64,000 nucleotides of DNA from Octopus vulgaris (GCA_951406725.2 OX597836.1:23746001-23810000); one strand, 5' to 3'; positions 1 through 13,611 are shown, numbered from the stretch's first letter. A program made the numbers and translations. Notes: generated by a model from the sequence alone, not told the origin.

Positions 1-134
1 TGTAACAATTAAATAATTAAATTTAGAAAAAATTAAAAGAAAAGTTTTTTTTAAAAGAATATTTGTATAGTGTTCAAATATAAGTGGCGTTTTCCTTGTT
101 TCTGCCTTTCTCTGTCTCTCTTGTTTACTTTGTG

Positions 135-168
<34 letters not shown>

Positions 169-437
169 CACTAATATTTTCTGAGGAAGACTTTTGCTTT
201 CATAAGCTGACAATTTTATCCTGATGTGCCCTTCCATGAGACAAAAATGTGGACTCCGATTATTGTGGTGTGTCTATAATTGGCCCTTCTGAAAATATCA
301 GAGATTTCGTAGACGATCATGAAATGACGAGTCAGTAGAAATCATCGAACTTTTTAATAGTCATCGACGAAATTGACGGAAATTCATTGACCATGCAAAA
401 AGGTGTCGATACATACTCGCTTGCGAGCTTGGTAAAT

Positions 438-669
438 GGCGAGCTGGCAGAAACGTTAGCACGCCGGGCGAAATGCGTAGCCGCATTTCGTCTGCCGTTA
501 CGTTCTGAGTTCAAATTCCGCCGAGGTCGACTTTGCCTTTCATCCTTTCGGGGTCGATTAAATAAGTACCAGTTACGCACTGGGGTCGATATAATCGACT
601 TAATCCGTGTGTCTGTCCTTGTTTGTCCTCTCTGTGTTTAGCCCCTTGTGGGTAGTATAGAAATAGGTA
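438..669 (+). mobile_element. tRNA-derived SINE, family A (Meta-domain-like core GCCTTTCATCC..GGTCGA..AAGTACC)
   Basis: Head has pol III A-box-like (GCTGGCAGAAACG) and B-box-like (GTTCAAATTCC) motifs. Near-identical reverse copies lie at 51918-52153, 51700-51912 and 57285-57500. Confidence 0.8.
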
Positions 670-729
670 AATAAATATATTTCAAGTTTCATAATCAAAA
701 TTTGGGAACACTAATAATCATACTTACAT

Positions 730-883
730 CATTCATATGTATAATTACATACATACGTACATACATACACACACATACATACATACACACACACATACAT
801 ACATACATACACACATACATACATACATACATACATACACACATACATACATACACACATACATACATAGATACATACATACA

Positions 884-915
<32 letters not shown>
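730..915. repeat. (CATA)n/(CA)n compound microsatellite
   Basis: Directly visible. Confidence 0.95.
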
Positions 916-939
916 GCCATATTATTTTACGTTTCAGTC

Positions 940-1478
940 ATAATCAACCTCAGGACTTATCCTTTGTAAGCCTGGTACTTATTATATCAGTCTATTTGCC
1001 GAACCGCTAAGTTACGGGAACATAAACACACCAGCATCGGTTGTCAAGCGATGGTGGGGAAACAAACATAGATACAAACACGCACGCACACACACACACA
1101 CACACACACCAACACACACACACACAAACACATATACATATGACCGGTTTCTTCAGTTTCCATCTGCCCAATCCATTCACAAGACTTTGGGAACACTAAT
1201 AATCATACTTACATCATTCATATGTATAATTACATACATACACACACACATACATACATACACACACATACATACACACATACACACACATACATACATA
1301 CACACATACATACATACACACATACACACATACATACATAGATACATACATACATACATACATACATACACACACACATACATACACACATACACACATA
1401 CATACACACATACATACACACATACATACACACATACATACATACATACATACATACATACATACATACATACATACA

Positions 1479-1510
<32 letters not shown>

Positions 1511-1613
1511 GCCAGGCTGTAGTTGAAGACACTCGCCCAAGATGCCACACAGTGGGACTGAAACTGGAACCATGTAGTTGGGAAGCAAGCTTTTTACCAC
1601 ACAGCCAGGCCTG
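940..1613 (-). mobile_element. tRNA-derived SINE, family B, interrupted by a ~325-bp local duplication
   Basis: Head on minus strand (TGGCTGTGTGGTAAAAAGCTTGCTTCCCAACTACATGGTTCCAGTTTCAGTCCCACTG) matches 8715-8877 and 51000-51365. Body is split at 1191-1514. Confidence 0.75.
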
Positions 1614-1626
1614 ACACACTCTCTCT

Positions 1627-1669
<43 letters not shown>

Positions 1670-2320
1670 TATGTGTGCACACACATATCCCAATATACAT
1701 GTATATGTGTATGTGTGCGTTTAAATATATATATCTTTATATTTACATCTTTACATGTATAGAATATGCGTGTACATACATATGGCTTTTTCTTTTTATT
1801 TTTTTGACTTGTTACAATCACCAGACTGCTGGCACCCTGGGACACCAGCTTGAAGAACTTTTTTTCCAACTTTTAGTCGACTGAATTGAAGTGCCACCTA
1901 ACGCCTCATTTAACTGGAGAGTCAACATGACCCGTTAAGGGAAATTCAGTTGCTTTTACATTACATTGATGCTTTCAGTATGAAACCACATCATCAGTAT
2001 ATATTTAACTGTAATTCTTAAACTAGATTTAGAATCACAATTGCTTGAGAAATTCAAACACATATACACTGTCACTTAGAGGCACACACGCATACATGTT
2101 CGAGTAACTCTTTTACGCGCTGCACCAGCATTGAACAGCTCGTTGTTAATTAGTCGAACTACACCGGGATTCAAAGCAGTTGCCGCCTTTCAAACATACT
2201 CTTAGTGCATTGACCGACCGAGGACACTTGTCGAGGATGATGTGTAATAGGACTGAACTCAAAACAACATGGTTACGAAGCAAACCTTAAATTTCACTTA
2301 TATATTTATGGGTATAGGAA

Positions 2321-2407
<87 letters not shown>

Positions 2408-2440
2408 CTTTATTTAAAAGCAGCAGAAATTCAACAAAAC

Positions 2441-2478
2441 CTGTTACTCGGGGTTTCCCGTTCCCGTTCGTCGGACAG
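2441..2478 (-). ncRNA. Minimal type-I hammerhead ribozyme motif (family H1)
   Basis: ctgt-CCGACGA-acgggaacgg-GAAA-ccccgag-TA-acag; stem I ctgt/acag, GUA triplet. Confidence 0.6.
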
Positions 2479-2494
2479 TTTTTGTTAACAAAAA

Positions 2495-2532
2495 CTGTCC
2501 GACGAACGGGAACGTGAAACTCCGAGTGTCAG
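2495..2532 (+). ncRNA. Minimal type-I hammerhead motif (family H1), cleavage site mutated
   Basis: ctgt-CCGACGA-acg ggaa cgt-GAAA-ctccgag-TG-tcag. Confidence 0.55.
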
Positions 2533-2651
2533 GTTTTGTTGAATTTCTGCTGCTTTTAAATAAAGCATATTACTCTACCCCTGGTATTTGAGTACTCTTT
2601 TTTTCCACCTTGTTTCACACTTATGTGTTTATTCCGGTATATATGTATATG

Positions 2652-2696
<45 letters not shown>

Positions 2697-2700
<4 letters not shown>

Positions 2701-2731
2701 TGCAGGCCTATGTGATAGTGCATAAATACAT

Positions 2732-2766
<35 letters not shown>

Positions 2767-2799
2767 TATACAGGCCTATGTGATAGTGCATAAATACAT

Positions 2800-2802
<3 letters not shown>
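2697..2802 (+). repeat. Two copies of a ~38-bp unit (AGTATRCAGGCCTATGTGATAGTGCATAAATACATTGA) separated by (TA)n
   Basis: Copies at ~2697-2734 and ~2765-2802. Confidence 0.9.
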
Positions 2803-2844
<42 letters not shown>

Positions 2845-3653
2845 TATGCTCGTGCATGTGCGTATCTATATACACATCTTTCTTTCTCTATCTGATTCAT
2901 CAGCCCCCACAATCACTTTAGCTCGCACAATAAATACCTACGTCAGTTTTTAGAAACTTGACCATTATATCTTATTATTCTTCCCTTTCTATTTGAGATT
3001 TACTACTCACTTTAGTACAACCCCATATCATTTCCTTTTCCTATCCCTCCACCTTCCTGCCTTTGAAGCATATCACCCCACCTCCCACTTCTCACACATT
3101 TCCTCCTTACATTCTTATCTCTTCCTTCTATCCCTCCCCCTATTCCTTTTATCCTGATAGCTCTCCTCTGCCACTCCTTCACAATATCTTGACCACCATT
3201 TTTTCATTTTTCTTCCTTCCTTCCTTTCTTTCTTTCTTTCTTTCTTTCATTCTTTCTTTCTTTCTTCTTTCCTCTATTCCTTTTGACTAATACATTCTCC
3301 TCCTAACATACATATCTATTCTCTTCTCTCTATCTACTTACCCCTGCCAGTACATCCTCAAAATTCTATTCACACCACAAGACCCCTTTGAATGAACAGC
3401 ACATGGAATTTATATCTCCATACTATCCACTTGTAATAACAAAATATGAGCTTCTCTCGGAATCTACATACCGTGGACAAGAAGCATTTCTGCCCATTCT
3501 ACACAGCACTTTCCTTGGATAATGGAACCGCACTATAACATCCAACATATATTTTTATTCTCTTGTTTCCCTTTATACTTCCTATATCCACCTTTTTCCC
3601 AAATAACTCATTATATTGAACTCTTACTATTTCCCTCTAGTTAACTCTCTCAT

Positions 3654-3701
3654 ATCTCTGATGAAGGGTTATCCCTAATATCCCAGAAACAGTTGGAAGG
3701 C
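3654..3701 (+). ncRNA. Degenerate hammerhead motif (family H2) in a probable Penelope-like remnant (~2940-3905)
   Basis: atct-CTGATGA-agggttatccctaatatccca-GAAA-cagttg-GA-aggc. Homologous to the better-preserved copy at 12874-12925. Confidence 0.5.
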
Positions 3702-3924
3702 TACCTTTCCCTTTATCGATGTCCTATAAATTCCACACAGACTTGGCTTTGTTGTCTCATTTTATTTAACATATACATGCTCATACAAGACCTGCATTAG
3801 ACTCCTCACTCGTATTATTATCGAACCGAGAGTCTAACTACAGTCCTCCCGTAGCACTTACATAGCCTTACCTGTCATCTTGGGTCTTCAGGATACCAAT
3901 ACCTCTTATATATATATATATATA

Positions 3925-5254
<1,330 letters not shown>

Positions 5255-5259
5255 ATATG

Positions 5260-5297
<38 letters not shown>

Positions 5298-5384
5298 GTG
5301 GGTGAGATAAACATTTCTGGCGGTGTCCCAACATGGTTGCAGCCCAATGACTAAGACATGTATAAAAGTTAATGTATATGTATG

Positions 5385-5488
<104 letters not shown>

Positions 5489-5586
5489 ACGGGTAGCTTT
5501 ATGAAAATAGACAAAAGACGAAGGCAGGTGGGAAACAAACAAACAATGGTATTAGTATGGCGCTCAGGAAATATAAATAAAACAAG

Positions 5587-5624
5587 TCTTTAACGTTTCG
5601 AGCCTACGCTCTTCAACAGAAAGA
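5587..5624 (-). ncRNA. Minimal hammerhead motif (family H3), core A6 mutated
   Basis: tcttt-CTGTTGA-a-gagc gtag gctc-GAAA-cg-TT-aaaga, within a TA-adjacent element at ~5489-5700 related to 8380-8553. Confidence 0.55.
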
Positions 5625-5743
5625 TACACAGAGAGAAAAAAAACACAGAAAGAAGGAGAGAAAAAAAATGCGTGCAGTAACTAACGAATCAACATGTAAA
5701 AAATGCTGCTATATTAGACAAATTTTTAATTTTTATATATACA

Positions 5744-5786
5744 TTATAACATGTTTCGGTTCTTAAAATGATGAACCTTATCAAAA
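5744..5786 (-). ncRNA. Degenerate hammerhead motif
   Basis: TTGATAA-ggttc..gaacc-GAAA-catg-TT; stem II and palindromic stem III intact, core decayed. Confidence 0.35.
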
Positions 5787-6096
5787 AAAAGTTATATATA
5801 AAAAAAGATAGTTCATGCTATCAAATATAAAAAAATTCATTTATAATATACAATAGAGTCAGACATCAAAAGTTCATATATAGTGAAGTGAGTTCGTTCA
5901 TGCTATATGTTTAGAGAGTATGATGCAGTGGTTCATAGTGGTGATATGCATTCAATATAAAAAATAGATCAAAGTGGTGATATGCAGTCAATATAAAAAA
6001 TTGATGTTCCTGAAAGAGCGAGGAATTCATTTTAGATTTTACCTTGAGTAACTGTGATGACTTTTGGTCGCTATATATATATATATATATATATAT

Positions 6097-6322
<226 letters not shown>

Positions 6323-6552
6323 ATATATATATATACATGTATATATGAGCCGCTATGTTACAGGACGTAAGCAAACTAAACCCAGTGGTGGGGACAAGCA
6401 CAAAAACAAAGACACACAGCAATACACATCTATTTGTTTATCTATTTACCTATCTGTTTGTCTGTCTGTCTGTCTGTTTCTTTCTTTTTCTATCTTTCTC
6501 TCTCTATTTATCTATAACACATGTGCGCGCTCGCGTGTGGAACGCCTGATTG

Positions 6553-7500
6553 TCAGATCGTATAAAAACTTTGCCTGGAATGCCTCGCAATATCCGTTCT
6601 GGCTCTTTCTGATGTAACATTAACACCTGGGACATTATTGATGCCATCCTTTATTTTTGGCACTATGCTGGCGGTATTAACTTCCAGAAAAAACGGTGTC
6701 GTTCTGAAAGGATACTTGCCTACATTGTCATATGATGTATGCAGGTTGTTCCAGCTACTCGAAATCAAAATTTTCACGGTTTCAACGATGTAGACAGTTG
6801 TATATTGGTGTGCATTGTCGTGCAACAAAAATACTTCATTTGACAGTAGACCTCAGTGTTTGGTGCGAATTACTGGTTTCAGTTTGTTGGCCAGCATTTC
6901 GCTATAGTTTCTTTTCTTGCTAAAGTTCCAGTATAGGCTCTTTTAAGTTAATATCACTTTCTCTACGGAAGGTGGACTGTTGAATTTATTTTCGCTACTG
7001 ACTCCAAGTATTTCCACACCATTTTCTACCTTTTGGGTTCTGGTTCTGATGGAGCTAGGTCTCACCTCCTGTAACTATTCTCTCCAAAAACGCCTCGCCT
7101 TCATCTATGTAGCGGTCGAATAAGCGTTGACAGATCTACACACGATTACGCTTATGCACTTCGGTAAGCTCTCTTGTCACCCATCTCGCACACACTTTAT
7201 AGAAACGAAACTTCGTATGCAAAAGCACTTGTCGGTTCGCTAGATCCATCTCTCGAGGTTGTTGAGTCTTCCGTCATTTTAAAACTTCTTGATCCACTCA
7301 TACATACTTCTATGTGGTAGAGCGCTGTCCCCGTATTGTACTGAAAGTCTGCGATGAATTTCAACCCTTGACATTCCTTTAGAACAGAGATACCAGATCT
7401 CTGACCTCTGTTCTTCCTTGGTGTATATTATCAGCGATGCAGCCATGTTTACTCTGTGATACAAGAAAGAAAACTGGAGCGATCAAGGTCAAGCCTCTAA
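6553..7500 (-). mobile_element. Heavily decayed mariner transposon
   Basis: ORF fragments LHDNA.. and EEQRSEIWYLCSKGMSRVEIHRRLSVQYGDSALPHRSMYEWIKKF (mariner N-terminal HTH). TIRs not recognisable. Confidence 0.75.
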
Positions 7501-7558
7501 GTGACCTTAAGAGAACCACCTTTTAGCTGAAAATAGTGCGGAAAACATAAAGTATTGG

Positions 7559-7612
<54 letters not shown>

Positions 7613-7619
<7 letters not shown>

Positions 7620-8370
7620 CAAAAATAACCAACAAGAATGAATCCGATAATTTAGTACAATTGTTTCATACTACAACATTTTATTAAAAGCTGTAAATAT
7701 TACAGTAGATTTAAGATGCTGAGTAATCTTCAGCTAATTTATATAGGTTTTCCAATAATATAAAAGTTTTCAAATCAAGTAATAACATCTTAGGGAAGGT
7801 AAATATACAGATAAAGATGTAGATATGAATTTTAGGAACATGAGGTCGTGTGGTTCAGATGCTAACTGACCAAAACTTTGCTTATAACTGACTGCTGTAA
7901 GAAAATTTCTTTAGTTATAAGGATTAGGTAAGGGAAGGTAAAGAATTCAAGTTAGTTGTAGAAAGAGGAGGAAATTCAGGATACATAAAGGAAGTTCAGG
8001 TTGTCACTAGAACAAAAAGTCAATTTATCTATGTGGTGACAAGAAAATTAGGTTAGTGTAGAGAGTTCATTAAATACTCAAGAGCATATGAGGTTGTAGA
8101 TCAGATACTAACTGACCAAAACCTTACTTGCAACTGAAAGCTATAAGAATTTTTTTAGTTATAGAAATTTGGGTAAGGGAAGGTATTAGAATACCGTAAA
8201 AGGGATTTAAGCTTTTAATAAAATGTTGTAGTATGAAACAATTGTACTAAATTACCAGATTCATTCTTGTTGCTTATTTTTGATTATATTCACCCCGCAT
8301 ATTTTTATGGGTAACACCATACAAAATTCTGGTGCATCTAAACTAAGTACCATATTCATTTGAATCTAAA
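7613..8370. mobile_element. Penelope-like non-coding element with 79-bp inverted repeats (7613-7691 / 8211-8289), family H4
   Basis: The inverted repeat is visible, with an internal ~105-bp diverged direct repeat (7838-7943 / 8085-8184). Homologous to 32812-33290. Abuts (TA)n. Confidence 0.65.
7649..7739 (-). ncRNA. Type-I hammerhead with extended stem-loop II (family H4)
   Basis: aattag-CTGAAGA-ttactcagcat...atgttgtagtat-GAAA-caattg-TA-ctaaatt; stem I ttag/ctaa, palindromic stem III. Confidence 0.65.
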
Positions 8371-8422
8371 TTGTTGCTGATCTTATTATGTCTTCCCTTC
8401 TCTGGATCTTTCCTTCTCCTGT

Positions 8423-8457
8423 GTTTCCGACGAAGAGCTCCGCTCGAAACGTTAAAC
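8423..8457 (+). ncRNA. Minimal hammerhead motif (family H3)
   Basis: gttt-CCGACGA-a-gagc tcc gctc-GAAA-cg-TT-aaac; all three stems pair. Confidence 0.7.
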
Positions 8458-8548
8458 CCTCCTTTCCTTCTTTCCTGAGCGTCCAATAATACTATATTTG
8501 TTCCACGTCCTCGAGTTGTTGTGTTTCTTTGTGCTTTCTTGTTTGGAT

Positions 8549-8602
<54 letters not shown>

Positions 8603-8643
8603 CATACATACATACATACATGCATATATATATATATGTATCT

Positions 8644-8712
<69 letters not shown>

Positions 8713-8714
8713 TA

Positions 8715-8874
8715 GGTGCAGGAGTGGCTGTGTGGTAGGAAGCTTGCTTACCACCACATGGTTCCGGGTTCAGTCCCACTGCGTGGCACCTTGAGCAAGA
8801 GTCTTCTACTATAGCCTAGGCCGACCAAAGCTTTGTGTATGGATTTGGTAGATGGAAACTGAAAGAAGCTCATC

Positions 8875-8877
<3 letters not shown>
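8715..8877 (+). mobile_element. SINE family B, 5' half
   Basis: tRNA-like head GTGGCTGTGTGGTAGG..GGTTCAGTCCC followed by CTTGAGCAAGAGTCTTCTACTATAGCC. Confidence 0.8.
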
Positions 8878-8949
<72 letters not shown>

Positions 8950-9062
8950 AATTTAATCTATAATCTAAACAACTACTAACAATTTCATGGTTTTATGATA
9001 TCTCAACTAGCATAATTATAAATACAACATATATCGCCAATCTTTTTGACTCTGTTTATGCG

Positions 9063-9126
<64 letters not shown>

Positions 9127-9358
9127 CAAGGACTCTGGATAGTGAGAAAAAAAGAAAAAGGGAGAAGATAAGCACGATGAAGATTAATGCAAAAGATAGA
9201 AAGCGAAGAAAGAAACGAAGAAAACTAGGAACCTCGTCTTCTCTTGATTGCAGAAACCGCACTTAATGCAACTGGTGTAGAACAGAAAATATTCTTCGAG
9301 ACAGCAACTTTGTCTGGAGCGAGTGGTGTCCTCCAATTCGACAAAAGAATCCTTTCCA

Positions 9359-9408
<50 letters not shown>

Positions 9409-9423
9409 TGGAAAGGATTCTAG

Positions 9424-9559
9424 CAAAAACTGTCTGATGAACGGCAACGAGAAACTCAGAGTAACAGATTTTGTTGATTTTTCTGCTGCTTAAAATAAAG
9501 CATATTACTCTACCACTGGTATTTGAGTACTCTTTTTCCACCTTGTTTCACATTTATGT

Positions 9560-9563
<4 letters not shown>
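9424..9563 (+). mobile_element. Second copy of the H1 mini-element
   Basis: Near-identical to 2489-2630, followed by (TA)n. Confidence 0.75.
9430..9467 (+). ncRNA. Minimal type-I hammerhead motif (family H1), canonical core
   Basis: ctgt-CTGATGA-acggcaacga-GAAA-ctcagag-TA-acag; stem III ACTC/GAGT, GUA triplet. Confidence 0.72.
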
Positions 9564-9658
<95 letters not shown>

Positions 9659-9924
9659 TGTATGTATGTATGTATGTATGTATGTATTTATGTATGTATG
9701 TATGTATGTATGTATGTATGTATATAGATAGATACATGAATACACGCATACACGCGCGCGCATATATAAATGTGTGTTCTAGCATCGACATATACATATA
9801 TATACATATATATACATACGTAAATATATATGTATCTATATGGGCGTGTGGATTCTTGTGAAAGTGTCTACCGACTTATGCACATAAATATATATTTACA
9901 CATTTCTTTGTCTGCTTAGTTATG

Positions 9925-10640
9925 AGGGTTCCTTCAGCATCTCCTCAGCAGCTGCCCCAGGACCTTAACTGATGGCATGTACCGCTGGCAGCATACCTAA
10001 GTGCTCAGGGGATATCAACTGCCATTATGTCCAGCAAATACCTCCCGCCCCAGTAAAGAAGTCATTACTTTTCTCGAAGCCGGAGAGAAATCCAGTTCAA
10101 TGAAACTTCAATGTCCGTCAAGCCTATTCTCCACAGCCATAGACTGGCTACTGTGAGTCGATCTCGTGGGACTGTTAAAGTTCCCAAACCACATCGTGCC
10201 TTCAACACTCTGTCCAGACATAGTGAACTTCTCAAATTCCATCAAGCAGATGATTATATAGGAGATAACTGTGCTCTGGGAGAAACATAGAGAGGAAGCT
10301 CATGAGAGGAAACTTGCCAAATATCAGAAGCTGGTAGATCAGTGCAGAAATCAGAGCTGATAGGCATATCAAGAGACAATAAAAGTGGACTGTGGAGGGT
10401 TTGCGGGACATTCATTCTGAAAAGCTGTGAATGGGCTTGGAGTTACTGGTGCAGCAAAGACGAGGACTATAAATACCATCGCTGAAGCTGCAGAGAAGGC
10501 TAATAAAGGTCTTTGGATCAAGAGGGCAGAGCAGCGGTTTGATTGGGATGCAAGCTCAGACTTGATCGACTCCGGCCGGGTCGACTGGGCAAGGGATATG
10601 ATGTTTGAAAACTCAGAGTTGGTAGTTCTGATGATACATA
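9925..10640 (+). mobile_element. 3' fragment of an RLE non-LTR retrotransposon, HERO-like
   Basis: Decayed PDIV..GEITVLWE..EEAHERKLAKYQKLVDQC..VDCGGFAG..AEAAEKANKGLWIKR C-terminus, typical of the HERO-clade restriction-like endonuclease. Confidence 0.7.
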
Positions 10641-11112
10641 TCTCATGGTAATCTGTTAGCTTCTTTTATCTCTGTTTCTGCTATTGACTTTCATCTCCAA
10701 ATGAGGAACACTTTATCATTAATATCGAACATATCAACTAATTATTTTTCCTATAATATTACTCGCTTTTAAATAACCATCATTGAACTTCATTTCAAAT
10801 GGTGAAGAGCTGCATTTAATTGAAAGAAAACCAAATTATTTTTAGAATATTATTTGTTACTTTTTATTTGAATTTTAAAACATATTTTTGTTTAGACACA
10901 CACACACAAACACACACACACACACACACAAACACACAAATATATATGTATATATATATATTTACACACACACACACACACATATGTATATATATATTTA
11001 CATGCGTACACACACACATATGTATGTAATTATTCCCTAACTAGACGGGCATATTAACAACATGACAGCCTAAACCCAGGGTCTTTAGTGTTACACTGCT
11101 TTATGTATGGAT

Positions 11113-11215
11113 GTACCTGATGAGACCAAGACTGCAGAATGGATGCAGCCCAGCACGTTGAACGGAGTCCCACCCATAAGGAGCAGCACAGTATGAATCG
11201 AAACGAACGTTGTAC
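11113..11215 (+). ncRNA. Hammerhead motif with large loop II (family H5)
   Basis: gtac-CTGATGA-ga...(~70 nt)...tc-GAAA-cgaacg-TT-gtac; stem I gtac/gtac. Lies in a ~330-bp unique island between (CA)/(TA) tracts. Confidence 0.55.
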
Positions 11216-11362
11216 TAATTAAGATTAATACCAAATCCATCTGGTTATTTAAATTATTATTATTATCTGTGGATGACACCGGGTAGCCCAAACCGTGCCA
11301 GTGTTCTACTCAACATACTAATCGACACATACCCATTAGTCTGAGTATCAAATATAAGTATT

Positions 11363-11436
<74 letters not shown>

Positions 11437-11594
11437 TGTATATATACACATATATATTTGTATAAATATATGTATATATGTGTGTATATATGTGTGTGTA
11501 TGTATATATATATATGTATATATATGTATATATGTTTATATACACACATATACAAAGCTTTGACTATCATGCCCATTTTCTGTTTATTATTGTT

Positions 11595-11802
<208 letters not shown>

Positions 11803-12237
11803 ACACATGTACATCACACGCTGTGATAGATAGATTAATACATACATTCATATATTAATTCATACATACATACATACATACATAGATGTATATGTGCATG
11901 AGTGGTAGGTATATAGTTAATGTTCGTCTCGAGCCTACAGGTTAGGACAGAATCCACGTATCTTGGCATCCGAATCGTTAAGAAACGTAGAGTAGAGTTT
12001 AGCCGCTAAACAGGAAGCTAGCTTGTCGCACGATTAATTACCTCATTGGCTGTGGAGATCACGACCATAACATCGTCAGTTCAACAGACTAACCACTGGG
12101 TCACATACTCGCAAATATTTCTCCCTCACCCCGCACACATTTAAACATATGCATATTCTAACACAAGCGCAAAGTCTGAAATTTCAGTGAAGGTTTTAGC
12201 TCGTTATATCGACACTAGATTTTCACTATTCATGAAG

Positions 12238-12305
<68 letters not shown>

Positions 12306-12308
<3 letters not shown>

Positions 12309-12615
12309 CGTGATCACCGTGACCGACTAGGCTATCAGATGTTGCTACACATCGCTGGTCACAATGCGCTGGGCATTGTTTTAGCCTTCAAATGACGCCA
12401 CCCCGCTGGCTAAGCGAGCAGGCCAACAATAGAAAGAGTGAGAGACAGTTGTGGCGGAAGAGTACAGCAGAGATCGCCATCCACCCCCCTGCCGGAGCCT
12501 CGTGGAGCTTTAGGTGTTTCCGCTCAATAAACACTCACAACGCCCTGTCTGGGAATCGAAACCGCGATCCTTCAACCGCGAGTCCGTGCTCTAACCACTG
12601 GGCCATTGCGCCTCC
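12306..12615 (-). mobile_element. tRNA-derived SINE, family C
   Basis: Head GGAGGCGCAATGGCCCAGTGGTTAGAGCACGGACTCGCGG..GGTTTCGATTCCC with A and B boxes; short tandem tail (CACGGTGA)2. Confidence 0.8.
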
Positions 12616-12636
12616 ACACACACACACACACACACA

Positions 12637-12638
<2 letters not shown>

Positions 12639-12679
<41 letters not shown>

Positions 12680-12829
12680 TCTGTCTATCTAGCTGCCCAG
12701 CTATCTCTTTCATTCTTTCTGTCGTTGTGCCATTTACAAACATATACAATTTATGTTGTGAATATGTGTATTTGTATGTATGATACAGACATACATACAT
12801 ATATCCGTATATATACGTATATACATATA

Positions 12830-12870
<41 letters not shown>

Positions 12871-13018
12871 ACCGTCTCCGATGAAGGGATATTATTAATT
12901 AATATCCTAGAAACAGCTGTAAGACCTTCTATCTATAAATGCTCTAATATCTAGACAGCTTTGGTTTTTTATTTTATTACGCAAAAAATTCTTATATATA
13001 TATATTTAAGACTACAAG

Positions 13019-13057
<39 letters not shown>

Positions 13058-13206
13058 TATATGTATATATACGGATATATGTATGTATGTCTGTATCATA
13101 CATAAAAATACACATATTCACAGCATAAATTGGATATGTTTGTAAGTGGCACAACGACAGAAAGAATGAAAGAGATAGCTGGGCAGCTAGATAGACAGAG
13201 GTTGAA

Positions 13207-13257
<51 letters not shown>
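12639..13257. repeat. ~230-bp inverted duplication enclosing a 155-bp hammerhead insert
   Basis: 12674-12864 is the reverse complement of 13020-13205, extended by (CT)n / (GA)n. Confidence 0.9.
12874..12925 (+). ncRNA. Type-I hammerhead motif (family H2)
   Basis: gtct-CCGATGA-ag ggatatt attaatt aatatcc ta-GAAA-cagctg-TA-agac; stem I gtct/agac, 7-bp stem II, palindromic stem III, GUA triplet. Confidence 0.72.
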
Positions 13258-13261
<4 letters not shown>

Positions 13262-13429
13262 GAGAGAGAGGGGTAGAGAGAGAAAGACAGAGACTGATGT
13301 ATGTTACATCAGTAAGTTTTGTTGAAATATAGAATACTACATGAGGAGTATATATATATATATTTAATATCTTGCTGTGTAATTTTTCTTCTGTACCTGA
13401 CTTAATTACATTTTAAAAATAAATTTAAT

Positions 13430-13495
<66 letters not shown>

Positions 13496-13527
13496 CAAAG
13501 TAATTTATTTTACTAAGCCCTTTTATA

Positions 13528-13565
<38 letters not shown>

Positions 13566-13611
13566 TAAATAAAACATATGCATATATATATACATATATG
13601 TACGTACCTAC

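Larger units (their letters stand above)
2408..2636. mobile_element. Fold-back non-coding Penelope-like mini-element (158-bp palindrome 2408-2565) in (TA)n
   Basis: Arms 2408-2486 and 2487-2565 are near-perfect reverse complements, each carrying a hammerhead motif. 2489-2630 is nearly identical to 9424-9563. (TA)n on both sides. Confidence 0.7.

Noticed and set aside
178-310. CTGAGGA and CTGATG motifs next to a TA tract
   Set aside because: No consistent stem II / GAAA / stem I arrangement found.
332-641. 82-aa and 84-aa ORFs with a paralogue at 52007-52228
   Set aside because: Similarity is explained by copies of a non-coding SINE.
12540-12615. tRNA-like sequence on the minus strand
   Set aside because: It is the head of a SINE, with no closing acceptor stem, and continues into the SINE body.
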